From contig JANOTL010000130.1 of NCBI GenBank assembly GCA_031416315.1, forward strand, positions 23,605 to 87,604: DNA of 64,000 nt, read 5' to 3'. The notes below the pieces were generated by a model. The model saw only the letters and a list, made by a program, of their open reading frames with translations, had not been told where the DNA came from and did no database searches. The position numbers were made by a program, and so were the translations under genes. This document shows positions 44,267 through 53,029 of the stretch, piece after piece (within the stretch, counting starts at the first letter, position 1; the number at the start of each line of letters is the position of its first letter). The DNA is from Pseudomonadota bacterium (lineage in GTDB: Bacteria; Bdellovibrionota_B; Oligoflexia; Oligoflexales; CAIYRB01).

Positions 44267-45259
44267 ATGCGACATCTGCGTGCGCTTTTGGTCGTGAGCC
44301 TCTTGGCAGGCTCCCCGGCCCTCGCCGAGCCGTTGTTCAAGTACAAGGGCAAAGCTTTCGAGGCGAAGGACCTGACGGTTCCGATGCAACAGACTCTCTT
44401 CGATCTGGAGAGCGAGTCCTACATGCGCCGCGAGGCGCTCGCCGAGCAGGCGATGATCGAGATGTACCTCGACGAAGAGGCGAAGAAGGCCGGCAAGAGC
44501 CGGACCGACTACGAGGCCACCGTCTTCAAGACGACCGAGCCGACGGAGAAGGAGGTCTCGACCTGGTTCGAGGCGAACAAGGCCCGCATCCCTCCCGGAT
44601 ACAAGCTCGAGCAGATCGCGGGCGACATCAAGCAACTCCTCAAGGGCGAGCAGAAGAAGAAGGTCCACGACGAGCTCGTCGCCAAGCTGAAAGCGGACGG
44701 CACGATGGCTTTCGTCGGCACCGAGCCGGTCGCGCCGATCGTCAAGGTCGACACTTTGGGCTACCCGATGAAAGGCGCGAAGGACGCGAAGGTCCAGATC
44801 GTCGAGTTCGCCGACTACCAGTGCCCGCATTGCAAGGAAGCCGTCGCCGACCTCGACGCGATCGTAAAGAAGTACGACGGCAAGGTGAGCCTGGTGTTCA
44901 TGGACTTCCCGATCAACCAATCGGGCATCTCCACCATGGTCTCCCACGGCGCCTACTGCGCGGAGCAGCAAGGCAAGTACTGGGAGTACAACAACCTGGC
45001 GTTCGAGAAGCAGCGCACCTTGGACAAAGACTCGCCGAAGGCCCTGGCCAAAGACCTGAAGCTCGACGAGAAGAAGTTCGACGAGTGCTACGCCAGCGAG
45101 GCGCCGAAGACGCGCGTCGCCAAGGCGAAAGCCGAGGGCGAGAAAGTCGGCGTCGGCGGCACTCCCACGATCTTCGTCAACGGCCGCAAGGTCCGCGGGC
45201 ATGCCTCGCCGGAGATCGCGAAAGAGATCGAAAAAGCCCTCAAGGGCGGCCAGTCCTAG
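44267..45259 (+). CDS. DsbA-family thioredoxin-fold protein with N-terminal helical domain
   Basis: Signal peptide; EFADYQCPHC, DFP, GVGGTPTIFVNG. Confidence 0.9.
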   Translation: MRHLRALLVVSLLAGSPALAEPLFKYKGKAFEAKDLTVPMQQTLFDLESESYMRREALAEQAMIEMYLDEEAKKAGKSRTDYEATVFKTTEPTEKEVSTWFEANKARIPPGYKLEQIAGDIKQLLKGEQKKKVHDELVAKLKADGTMAFVGTEPVAPIVKVDTLGYPMKGAKDAKVQIVEFADYQCPHCKEAVADLDAIVKKYDGKVSLVFMDFPINQSGISTMVSHGAYCAEQQGKYWEYNNLAFEKQRTLDKDSPKALAKDLKLDEKKFDECYASEAPKTRVAKAKAEGEKVGVGGTPTIFVNGRKVRGHASPEIAKEIEKALKGGQS

Positions 45260-45855
45260 AAGGCGAACGCATAGCCGAGCTGGAAATTCCCGCCGGTGCC
45301 TTGGATGGCTCGGAGCTCTTGCTCCGAGCCTTTCTCTTTGCCGGTCGCGACGTAGAGCTGAGCGTTGACGCGGAAGTAGATGCCGCTCGCCCCGACCATC
45401 GGCCCGATGCCGAGGCCGAGGCGGAGATCGAGGCCGCCGAACTTTTGCGAGCGCTTCGCCTCGCCCGTCTGCTCCAGGCTCATCGCGGCATAGCCGACGT
45501 TGGCGAAGAGGTGCAGGTTCGGGATTTGCTTCGTGCAGAAGTTCATACTGAAGCCGCCCCCGCGAGCCGTCAGCGTCTCCTTCGCCTCGCCGAGCGTGTG
45601 GGCGTTCTTGTAGGCACCGGCAGTGCCGTAGATGCCCCAGCTGACCAAGAAGCCGTCCTGCCTGGCGAAGAAGGGAAGGTGCAGGTCGAGATCGGCGCGG
45701 CCGCCGGAGAAGCCGAACTTCTTCGGCGAGCCTTCGGCGGTAAACGAAAGATTGGGAGTGTAGGAGGCGTCGAGGGAGACATACTCGCCTTCTCCGCGTG
45801 CGGAGGTCGCGAGAAGGGCGAGGCAAAGCAGCAGGAAGGCGCTCAGGTTTTGCAC
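45256..45855 (-). CDS. Small outer-membrane beta-barrel-like protein
   Basis: GTG start 45855, signal VQNLSAFLLLCLALLATSARG; amphipathic strands; C-terminal QLGYAFAF. Confidence 0.65.
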   Translation of the reverse strand: MQNLSAFLLLCLALLATSARGEGEYVSLDASYTPNLSFTAEGSPKKFGFSGGRADLDLHLPFFARQDGFLVSWGIYGTAGAYKNAHTLGEAKETLTARGGGFSMNFCTKQIPNLHLFANVGYAAMSLEQTGEAKRSQKFGGLDLRLGLGIGPMVGASGIYFRVNAQLYVATGKEKGSEQELRAIQGTGGNFQLGYAFAF

Positions 45856-46442
45856 GGCACGAGCCTCATCGCGGCCTGGAGCGCGCCGTTCACGGTCCAA
45901 GCCATCGTCTCGTGATCGTAGGTCGCGAAGTTCGCCCCAGGCAAGGTCAGCCACGACGCCACTCGTGTCTCCGCGGCGGCGTATTGTGGCGTCACCTGCA
46001 GCCAGTAAGCGCCGTTCGAGGGCACCTTCACGGGCGCCTTGAAGCTCACCGTCACCCAACCCGGCGTCGCGGGGATCGCCTCGGCTGGAATGGTCCCGGC
46101 GTCGGAGGCCGTCACGCCATCCGGCGTCGCCTCGAAGCCCACGCTAAAAGAGACGGTCAAACCGGAGGGCGGCGGCGTCTCGGCGCCGAGAAGAAGGCGC
46201 GCGCCCCAGTAGATCTCTTCGGCATAGAGGCGCGGCATCCGCTGTGCCGCGCGTCCCAGCGCGCCGTTCGTGCCGACGATCGCGACCGGCGCCGCCGTCG
46301 TGTAGTCGGTCGCATCGAGATCGGCGCGCGCGTCGTCCGGATCGCAGGTCGTCGCATCGGAAAGAAAGCCCGACGAATCCGGGCCCCCGCATCCGACCGA
46401 TACCGCCAGAACCGCCCCCAGTGCCGCCCACCGTAATCGCAT
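45843..46442 (-). CDS. Lipoprotein, unknown function
   Basis: Lipobox SVGC; beta-rich body (GWVTVSF..PV....YWLQV). Confidence 0.7.
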   Translation of the reverse strand: MRLRWAALGAVLAVSVGCGGPDSSGFLSDATTCDPDDARADLDATDYTTAAPVAIVGTNGALGRAAQRMPRLYAEEIYWGARLLLGAETPPPSGLTVSFSVGFEATPDGVTASDAGTIPAEAIPATPGWVTVSFKAPVKVPSNGAYWLQVTPQYAAAETRVASWLTLPGANFATYDHETMAWTVNGALQAAMRLVPCKT

Positions 46443-46529
46443 GACAAATCCCCCGATCTTTCACCGCCTTCGGCGCGAACGAACGGGGGACTTGATTTGG
46501 TCAGATGGAAAGCCACTGATTACACAGCC

Positions 46530-47819
46530 TTATTTGCGCTGCAGGCGCACCGCGCGCGTCAGCGCCGTCGCATCGACCTTGCCACCGGTCGTGGCGACGA
46601 CGACGAGCTCGGTCTCGTTGCCGCCCGTCGCGACGACGTCGACGGCGCGGAAGAGGCGCCGGCCCGCGAGCGTCATGAAAGGCTCTGCCGCGATCTTCTT
46701 GGCGCTGCCGTTTGCGTCGAGACACTGGACCGGTGTGCCGAGGCAGAGGCTCATGCCGTCGAATTTCTCGGCGGCGGCCGCGACGAGGCTCAGCTGGTCT
46801 CCCGTGGCTTCCTGGTCGACGGCGACGAAGAGGTCGCCCGAGATCAGGGGGCTCGCGCCGCCTCCGGTGCCGCCGACCCCGCCGACGTTGGCATCGCTCG
46901 AGGCGACGGCCAGGTCGAAGATCGAGCCCCAGAGCTCGACGTGCTTCGGCAGATTCTGGGCTTCGTTGCCTTGCGAGCCTTCGAAGGAGAAGGAGCGGCG
47001 ACCGTAGGTCTCGAAGTAGTAGTCGTCCGAGCCGCCAATCGCGTCGTAGCCGACGATGTCGCGGACGGTGCCGTAGCCGTAGCCGAAAAGGCTCTTCACC
47101 TTTTTGCCGACCTCGACGTGCCGCGCTTTCGCGTCCGCGGGCAGGGACGTCTCGGTGTAGGCCCAAGGGTGAATCAAGCCGCCGATGCAGCAGTGGTATT
47201 CCATCGTCGCCTCGAGCGTGAAGCCGAGCGCTTCTTGCTCTTTCGCGATGAAGGTGGCGATGCCTTTGGTCTCGGGCTGCGTGAATGCGGCGTTGTTCGC
47301 GGCCTTGATGGTGAAGTCGCGGTTCAAGTCCTGGCCGCGCGCGTTCTCGCGCTGGCGCGCCGCGTAGCCGTCTGGGTTCACGATCGGCACGACGTAGAGG
47401 ACGCCGCCCTTGGCGATGAACTTGCCGAAGCTCGAGCCCGAGGCCTGGGTCTCGAGAAATTCGCGCGGCAGGCGGTCGCTGATGTTCAGGTATTCGTTGC
47501 CGTGGATCGCTTCGGAGATCAGGATCGCCGGGCGCTTGCCCGAGGCCACGGTCAGCGACTTGTCCCAGATCTTGATGGCGGTGAGCTTGCGGCCTTGCGT
47601 CGACGTGCCGTACTCAATGACCTCGGTCATGCTCGCGTGCTTCGCGGACAGGTCGCGCAGATCCTTGGTGATGTCCTCGAACGAGTTGCCGCTCTGGATG
47701 CCGGAGTCGCCGTGCAAGATCGAGTAGCCGACGTTCTTATCGCCGAAGCCTTTGGGACCGCAGCCAAAGGCGAGCGGCGCGAAGAGCAACGCGAGGGAAA
47801 TGCGGTTGACCGAGCTCAT
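46530..47819 (-). CDS. M14 zinc carboxypeptidase lipoprotein
   Basis: Lipobox AFGC; IHGNE, PIVNPDG, RENARGQDLNRDF, QPET, EYH, GGSDDY, FE; start ATG 47819. Confidence 0.9.
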   Translation of the reverse strand: MSSVNRISLALLFAPLAFGCGPKGFGDKNVGYSILHGDSGIQSGNSFEDITKDLRDLSAKHASMTEVIEYGTSTQGRKLTAIKIWDKSLTVASGKRPAILISEAIHGNEYLNISDRLPREFLETQASGSSFGKFIAKGGVLYVVPIVNPDGYAARQRENARGQDLNRDFTIKAANNAAFTQPETKGIATFIAKEQEALGFTLEATMEYHCCIGGLIHPWAYTETSLPADAKARHVEVGKKVKSLFGYGYGTVRDIVGYDAIGGSDDYYFETYGRRSFSFEGSQGNEAQNLPKHVELWGSIFDLAVASSDANVGGVGGTGGGASPLISGDLFVAVDQEATGDQLSLVAAAAEKFDGMSLCLGTPVQCLDANGSAKKIAAEPFMTLAGRRLFRAVDVVATGGNETELVVVATTGGKVDATALTRAVRLQRK

Positions 47820-48021
47820 GGGGCCGTCCTGCGGATCGAGTGCGAGTGCGAGTGGGAATGAGGAAGCAAGTTCCATGCTTCCGCATCGCGCCGGTAATTA
47901 CTGGCGAATTTGTCCCCCGGGCCGGTCAAGCCTTGAGCAGCGTCGAAACGGGCGCCGGGCAATTCTTACCGCGTTAAGCCGAGGCGCCAAGCTCCGATTC
48001 CCAGAAGGAAGGAGACCCGCC

Positions 48022-50295
48022 TTGCGCCTCGCGCTCTCGCCATACCTCGCTCTTGTGCTTACCTTAGCGACCGCTGCCAATGCAGCGGCGCCGAAGGGGC
48101 CTGCGAGCCACGAGAAGCTCCGCGTCGAGATCGACCGCGAGGTGCGCTCACGCCTTTCGCCTCTCCTCACCGATTACTGCAAGGATGCGTGCACGCTGAT
48201 CGACGTCGAGGTCGACGTCGAGGACGCGCTCGGTGAATCCGACGACCTAGGCTTCGAAGGCCTGGCGGAGGACGGAGCCGCCGCGAGCGCTTATCCGAGC
48301 CACATCGCCGTCGTCATCCAAGTAGACGACCGCGTGTCGAGCCTCAATCGCGAGCGTCTGGGCTCGGTCTTGAAGAACGGACTCGGCACCATAGCCGACG
48401 GCGCCGTCGTCGACCTCGCCTGGCGGCCAGTGACCTTGCCGCAGATCGGCCAGTCGGCCGCGCTCGAGGAGCAGCTGAAGCGGCAGTTGTCGCAGCGGCT
48501 AACGCAAGCGGTCGACAAAGTGATCGACACCTTTTGCCCCGACGAGTGCGTTTTGGCGCAAATCAACGTCGACGGCAAGCTCGTGACGCCCGACGAGGCC
48601 GCGAACCTGCCCATCGAGCAACAGGTGCGCGACAAGACCGGGACCGCCATCCTGAAGCTCGATGCGGTCGACCTCGAGGTCGCCGTCGACTCGAACCTCG
48701 ACGCCGACACGAGAAACCGCATCCTTTCCGTGCTCAAGGCGCGCACACGCTTTGCCGCGCCCGTCACGGTCGAGCTCAACGTGACGGCCTTTCCCGAGCC
48801 CTACCTGAAAAAACAGGAGCGCTTGAGCCGTACCTCGAAGGATCCTTTCGGTCTGGAGCAGCTGCGCCAGACCCTGCGCATCTTCAAGGAGATGGCAGGC
48901 ACCAAGGAGATCGTCACCAATACGTCGAGCAACGCGCAAACGACCGCGTCGGAGTCCACCGCGACCGAGGCTCGGAACGGAGGCGGCGACAAGCTCTCCC
49001 CCTGGGAGTGGGCCGCCGTCGCTCTCCTTCTGCTCGCGCTCGGAACCGGCGCCATCATCTTAGTCGGCCGCTTCGCCGGCGCCTCCCGCGACGCTCGCCT
49101 CATGGTGTCGTCCGCGCGCGAAGCCGAGAGCGGCCGAAGCGGCAACGCCTTATCGCCGGCGCAGGCGGCGAATCCCGGCCGGACGGTCACCGACGAGCAG
49201 CGCCGCGAGATGACGCAGCGGCTGAAGATCGAGGAGCTTCGCGACGAGCTCGTGCGCATCTTTCTCGAGGCGCCGCGCGTCGCGAAGGAGACGTTCGCGC
49301 GCCTCCTTCAGGAAGAAGGGATCGAGGAGACCGCCCGCTACGTCCACATCTTCGGCCACCTCGTGGTCTTCGAGCTGCTCGGCGACCCGAACTTGCAAAG
49401 AGACCTTTACGAGCTGAGCGAGTACTACCACAAGTCGAACTTCCAGTTCACGACGGAAGACGAGCTGCGTCTGCTGAACACGCTGCGGACGCGCGTCACC
49501 GCCAACGAGATCCGCGTGCTGACGCGCCGGCAGATGGACCAATACGACTTCCTAGCGAAGCTCGACTCCGGCCAGATCTACAACCTGATCGCCGAGGAAA
49601 AGCCGCAGGTGCAGGGGATCGTCCTGACGCAGCTGGACCACAAGCGGCGCCGCGCCGTCTTCGACATGTACCACGGCGAGTCGAAGGTCGATCTGATGCG
49701 AGAGCTCTGCCGCGCCGACGCCATCCCCAAGGAATACCTCGCCAACGTCGCCAAGGCCTTGGCAAAAAAAGTCACCTCGCGGCCCGAGTTCGACACCGAG
49801 AACCTGCGCTCTTCCGACATCCTCCTAGACCTCCTGGAAAAGGCCGGCTTGGACGAGCAGCGCGCTCTGATGTTGAACCTCGTACGCACCAACGCCGAGG
49901 CGGCGCGCGGCATCAAGCTGAAGCTGGTCACGGTCGAGATCCTGCCTTACCTGAAGGACGGGTATCTCCTCGAGATCTTCTTGGGCCTCGAGCGCGAGGA
50001 GCTGGTCTGCTTCCTCGCCGGCACGCGCGAGCACATCCGAGCGCTGGTCCTCTCGAAGGCGCCCGACGAGCTCTCGGACTCCTGGCTCGAGGAGTTGGAG
50101 AACGTCAAGGCGCTCGACGAGCAAGCCTACCGCCTGGTCGAGCTGAAAGTGATCGGCCGGATCCGCGCGCTCGCCAACAACGGGGTGATCAACCTCCTCG
50201 ACGTGAATGATCTCGTGTTCAGCTCCGCGAACGCGGTCGACCTCGACGCGCCGGCGGCGCGCGGCGCCGGCGAATCCGCGGCGCGGGTGGCGTGA
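48022..50295 (+). CDS. Signal peptide + two periplasmic repeats + TM + FliG middle/C-terminal-like domains
   Basis: AAGGAG RBS before TTG 48022; repeats YCKDAC/FCPDEC; TM WAAVALLLLALGTGAIILVG; YDFLAKLD..EEKPQ..IVLTQL (FliG-M EHPQ-like); C-terminal IGRIRALANNGVINL (FliG-C-like). Confidence 0.8.
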   Translation: MRLALSPYLALVLTLATAANAAAPKGPASHEKLRVEIDREVRSRLSPLLTDYCKDACTLIDVEVDVEDALGESDDLGFEGLAEDGAAASAYPSHIAVVIQVDDRVSSLNRERLGSVLKNGLGTIADGAVVDLAWRPVTLPQIGQSAALEEQLKRQLSQRLTQAVDKVIDTFCPDECVLAQINVDGKLVTPDEAANLPIEQQVRDKTGTAILKLDAVDLEVAVDSNLDADTRNRILSVLKARTRFAAPVTVELNVTAFPEPYLKKQERLSRTSKDPFGLEQLRQTLRIFKEMAGTKEIVTNTSSNAQTTASESTATEARNGGGDKLSPWEWAAVALLLLALGTGAIILVGRFAGASRDARLMVSSAREAESGRSGNALSPAQAANPGRTVTDEQRREMTQRLKIEELRDELVRIFLEAPRVAKETFARLLQEEGIEETARYVHIFGHLVVFELLGDPNLQRDLYELSEYYHKSNFQFTTEDELRLLNTLRTRVTANEIRVLTRRQMDQYDFLAKLDSGQIYNLIAEEKPQVQGIVLTQLDHKRRRAVFDMYHGESKVDLMRELCRADAIPKEYLANVAKALAKKVTSRPEFDTENLRSSDILLDLLEKAGLDEQRALMLNLVRTNAEAARGIKLKLVTVEILPYLKDGYLLEIFLGLEREELVCFLAGTREHIRALVLSKAPDELSDSWLEELENVKALDEQAYRLVELKVIGRIRALANNGVINLLDVNDLVFSSANAVDLDAPAARGAGESAARVA

Positions 50296-50831
50296 GCATG
50301 GGCGCGCACGGCTTGAATCTGCGGCCCGCCGACCTCCTCCGCGAGGTGACGCTGTTCTCGCGCTTCACCGGCACGGAGATCGAGGCGCTCGGCGACCTCG
50401 GCCGCGAGGTCCACCTGAAGCCTCACGCTTACGCCGTTATCGAAGGCGAGCCGACGCGCGGCATGTTCATCCTCCTCGAGGGCGTCGTCTCCGTTTACAA
50501 AGCGGATCAGGCTTCGAGCGCGCTGGCGCGCTTGGCGACCCTGGAGGCCGGCGCGCACTTCGGCGAGCTCAGCCTCTTCGATGCCGCGCCGCGCTCGGCG
50601 ACCGTGGCGGCCGACAGCAACTGCCGCCTTTTCGAGCTTGATCACGAGGCGTTCAACAGTTTCTTGAGCCAGAGTGGTGCGGATCTGGAGCTCCGGTTCT
50701 ATCGTACCTGTGCGGAAGAGTTGGCGCTTCGCTTCCGGACCCTGAACGGGGACTATCTGACGGCCCAAAGACTCCTGTGGAAATTCGCTTTACGGCGGCC
50801 AGAGAACGAGCGGGGAGACGCGAATCGATGA
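50292..50831 (+). CDS. Stand-alone cyclic nucleotide-binding domain protein
   Basis: VIEGE....MFILLEGVVSV, GAHFGELSLFDAAPRSATV; no Crp HTH. Confidence 0.9.
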   Translation: MSMGAHGLNLRPADLLREVTLFSRFTGTEIEALGDLGREVHLKPHAYAVIEGEPTRGMFILLEGVVSVYKADQASSALARLATLEAGAHFGELSLFDAAPRSATVAADSNCRLFELDHEAFNSFLSQSGADLELRFYRTCAEELALRFRTLNGDYLTAQRLLWKFALRRPENERGDANR

Positions 50832-51298
50832 AGTACGAGCTGTTGAAAGAAGGCGGACTGGCGACGGTGAAGTTCTACGGCGGTCTCAGCGAGCGCTCGG
50901 AGGCGCCCTTAGCCGAGCTCCAGGCCGCGCTTGGGAAGCGCCCGGTGCGCCTCGATCTCTCCGCGGTCATGCGCGTGGCGCCGGCCGGCGAGGGCATCTG
51001 GCGCGCCTTCCTGCTCGAGCTCGGCAAGAAGGCGTCCTCCGTCGAGGTCGTCGCCGCCTCGGTCGACTTCATCGAGGCCGTCAATAAGAACCCCGACCTG
51101 GTGCGCGACGTGCGCCTCGTGAGCTTTCACGCTCCGGTGCGATGCCCGAGCTGCGCGCATGCCGCGGCGATCATGATCGAGACGGCGAAGGTGAGCCCGA
51201 GCTCGACCTTCGGCGCACCGCCTTGCGGCAAGTGCGGTCGGGCGATGGAGCCGGCGGTGCCGCCGGCGGCTTATTTCTCGTTTCTGTTCGGCGATTGA
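50828..51298 (+). CDS. STAS-like domain plus zinc-ribbon protein (paralog 2)
   Basis: ATG 50828 overlaps the upstream stop; FYGGLSE, LDLSAV, CPSC...CGKC, C-terminal YFSFL. Confidence 0.78.
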   Translation: MKYELLKEGGLATVKFYGGLSERSEAPLAELQAALGKRPVRLDLSAVMRVAPAGEGIWRAFLLELGKKASSVEVVAASVDFIEAVNKNPDLVRDVRLVSFHAPVRCPSCAHAAAIMIETAKVSPSSTFGAPPCGKCGRAMEPAVPPAAYFSFLFGD

Positions 51299-51313
51299 AC
51301 CGGCGTCAGAGCC

Positions 51314-52648
51314 TCAGCCTCCGAACACCGCGTCGGTCTCTCCCGCTTGCTCGCGGATGTCCTCTACGCCGCGATCTTGCTTGAAAGTCCGGATGACGCG
51401 GTCGATCGGCTCGCCCATCGCCTCGTCGTAGCCGAGCTTCTTCAGTGCGCCGCGGTATTGCGCGTTGTCCTGTTGAAACTGCGCGGCGAGCTTCGACGGC
51501 TCCGGATAGTAGGCGCGCGCGGCGCTGCCGGGCGCGAGCTGCAGGCCGACCTCGTCGACGCGGATGTTGAGCCCGCCGGCGTGGCAACGGAAGCAGGATT
51601 CGCCGTTGATCACGAGCTTGTCGGCGCGCGCCGGATCGTTCGCGACCGAGAGCTGCGCGTCGAAACGGTGTTGCGCGCCGAAGCCGCTCAGGTAATAGGC
51701 GTGCAGGCCGTTCGGCAAGGAGAAGATGAATTCGCCCGCGATCAGGTTGGCGACCGAGCGCCCCTTCGCGTACCAGGGGTCGCCTTTCGTCAGCGCTTCC
51801 CGCGCCGCGCCCGTGCCGAGGAAGTCGTAGGAGCGCCAGTAATAGGTGTCTTTGCCTTTGAGCTTCGCCGGCGTCCGCTCGAGGATGCGGCCGTTCTTGG
51901 CGACGATCGACGTCGAGACGCCTAGGTAGATCGCTTGCTAGCGGTCGACGCCGAGACGCGACTCGAGCATGCTTTCGAGCGGCGGCAGCTCGAGGATGCG
52001 GTCGTAAACTTCGGGGCGCGTGGCGGAAAACACGAGCCAGTCGGCTTTGGCGAGGACGGCGCCCGAGGCGAGGCGCTCGACGTTCCCCGCCGCGTGCTCG
52101 CCGCCTTCGACGCGCTGCCAGGTGGCTGCGGTCCACTCGTAACGAGATAGGCGCATTTTATAGACCGAGCGGGCGCTGCCGACCGGCTCGAGACGAACGA
52201 TGTCGTCGGCCATGGAGAGGCTATTGAGAAGTTTTTCGACGCCGATGCGCAGGGTCTCGACCTCGACGGGATCGGTTTCGCCGAGGTGGGCGAAGCTGAG
52301 GTAACGCAGATCCTTCTGGTCTTCGACCGAGGCCTTCGCGAAGTCCGCCTCGACGAGGGCGGCGACGGAGTTGTCGGTCAGGGTCGGAAGAGGTCCGGCC
52401 GGTAGCGCGTCGGCCGAGCCGGCGCCGCCGCTGCCGACTTTTCCGCCAATGCCGGCGGTGCCCGGTCCCGAACCGGCTCCGGTTTTGCCGCCGGTCTCCG
52501 GCTTCTGCGGACCATCGCCGATCAAGCCCTCGAATCCGGTCGGACGCTCAGCTCCCTGATCGCCAGCCTCGACCTTCTGACTCTCGCCACCGCAGGCCAA
52601 GAGCATCGTCGTCATCGCCAGCATTCCGATCTTTTGCTTTGCTCGCAT
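51314..52648 (-). pseudogene. c-type cytochrome lipoprotein gene interrupted by one in-frame TAG
   Basis: MRAKQKIGMLAMTTMLLAC start at 52648; TAG at 51940-51938; the same frame continues QAIYLG...YWRSYDF...GEFIFSLPNGLHAYYL...NGESCFRCH to the stop at 51314. Confidence 0.75.
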
Positions 52649-53029
52649 CGCATCTCCCGATTCGTTCTCTGTGCGACTCTCGTTGTAAGTCGATGCCCGG
52701 GTGTCGCCGAGCCGCAAATGCCGTTCTGCGCGCAGGATCTTCAGCGCGCCGCGCGCCGGGTCGTCGCCGGGCGCTGTTCGCCCGAGCTGCGCGCACAGCT
52801 CCTCCAGCCGATTCCACTCCGGCGCGCTCAAGGCTCCGTCGCCGCCGCGCTGCTCTTCGAGCCAAGAGCGCAGCAAGAGCTCGACGGCGATGAGCCGCGT
52901 CCGCAACGGATCGCCGCCGTCGTCGGCGTCGAGCGCCGCCTTCAAATGCGCGAGCGCCGTGGCGGGCGGCAGCGCCCGCTCGCGGATCTCGGCTCTCACG
53001 AGCTCCAGCGCTAGGCGCGCTGCCGTCAC
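52649..53029 (-). other. Short helical ORF segment in frame with, and without a stop before, the cytochrome lipoprotein
   Basis: GTG overlaps the CBS stop; Leu/Ala/Glu/Arg-rich; reads through into the downstream signal peptide. Confidence 0.35.

Noticed and set aside
47865..47885. Sigma54 promoter upstream of the M14 peptidase
   Set aside because: TTGC is present but the invariant GG at -24 is missing.
51938..51940. Genome-wide TAG recoding
   Set aside because: TAG ends several normal-length genes here (trpA 5866, MBL hydrolase 19768, kinase 32855, rsmI 33989, 44257); no pyl genes in the window.
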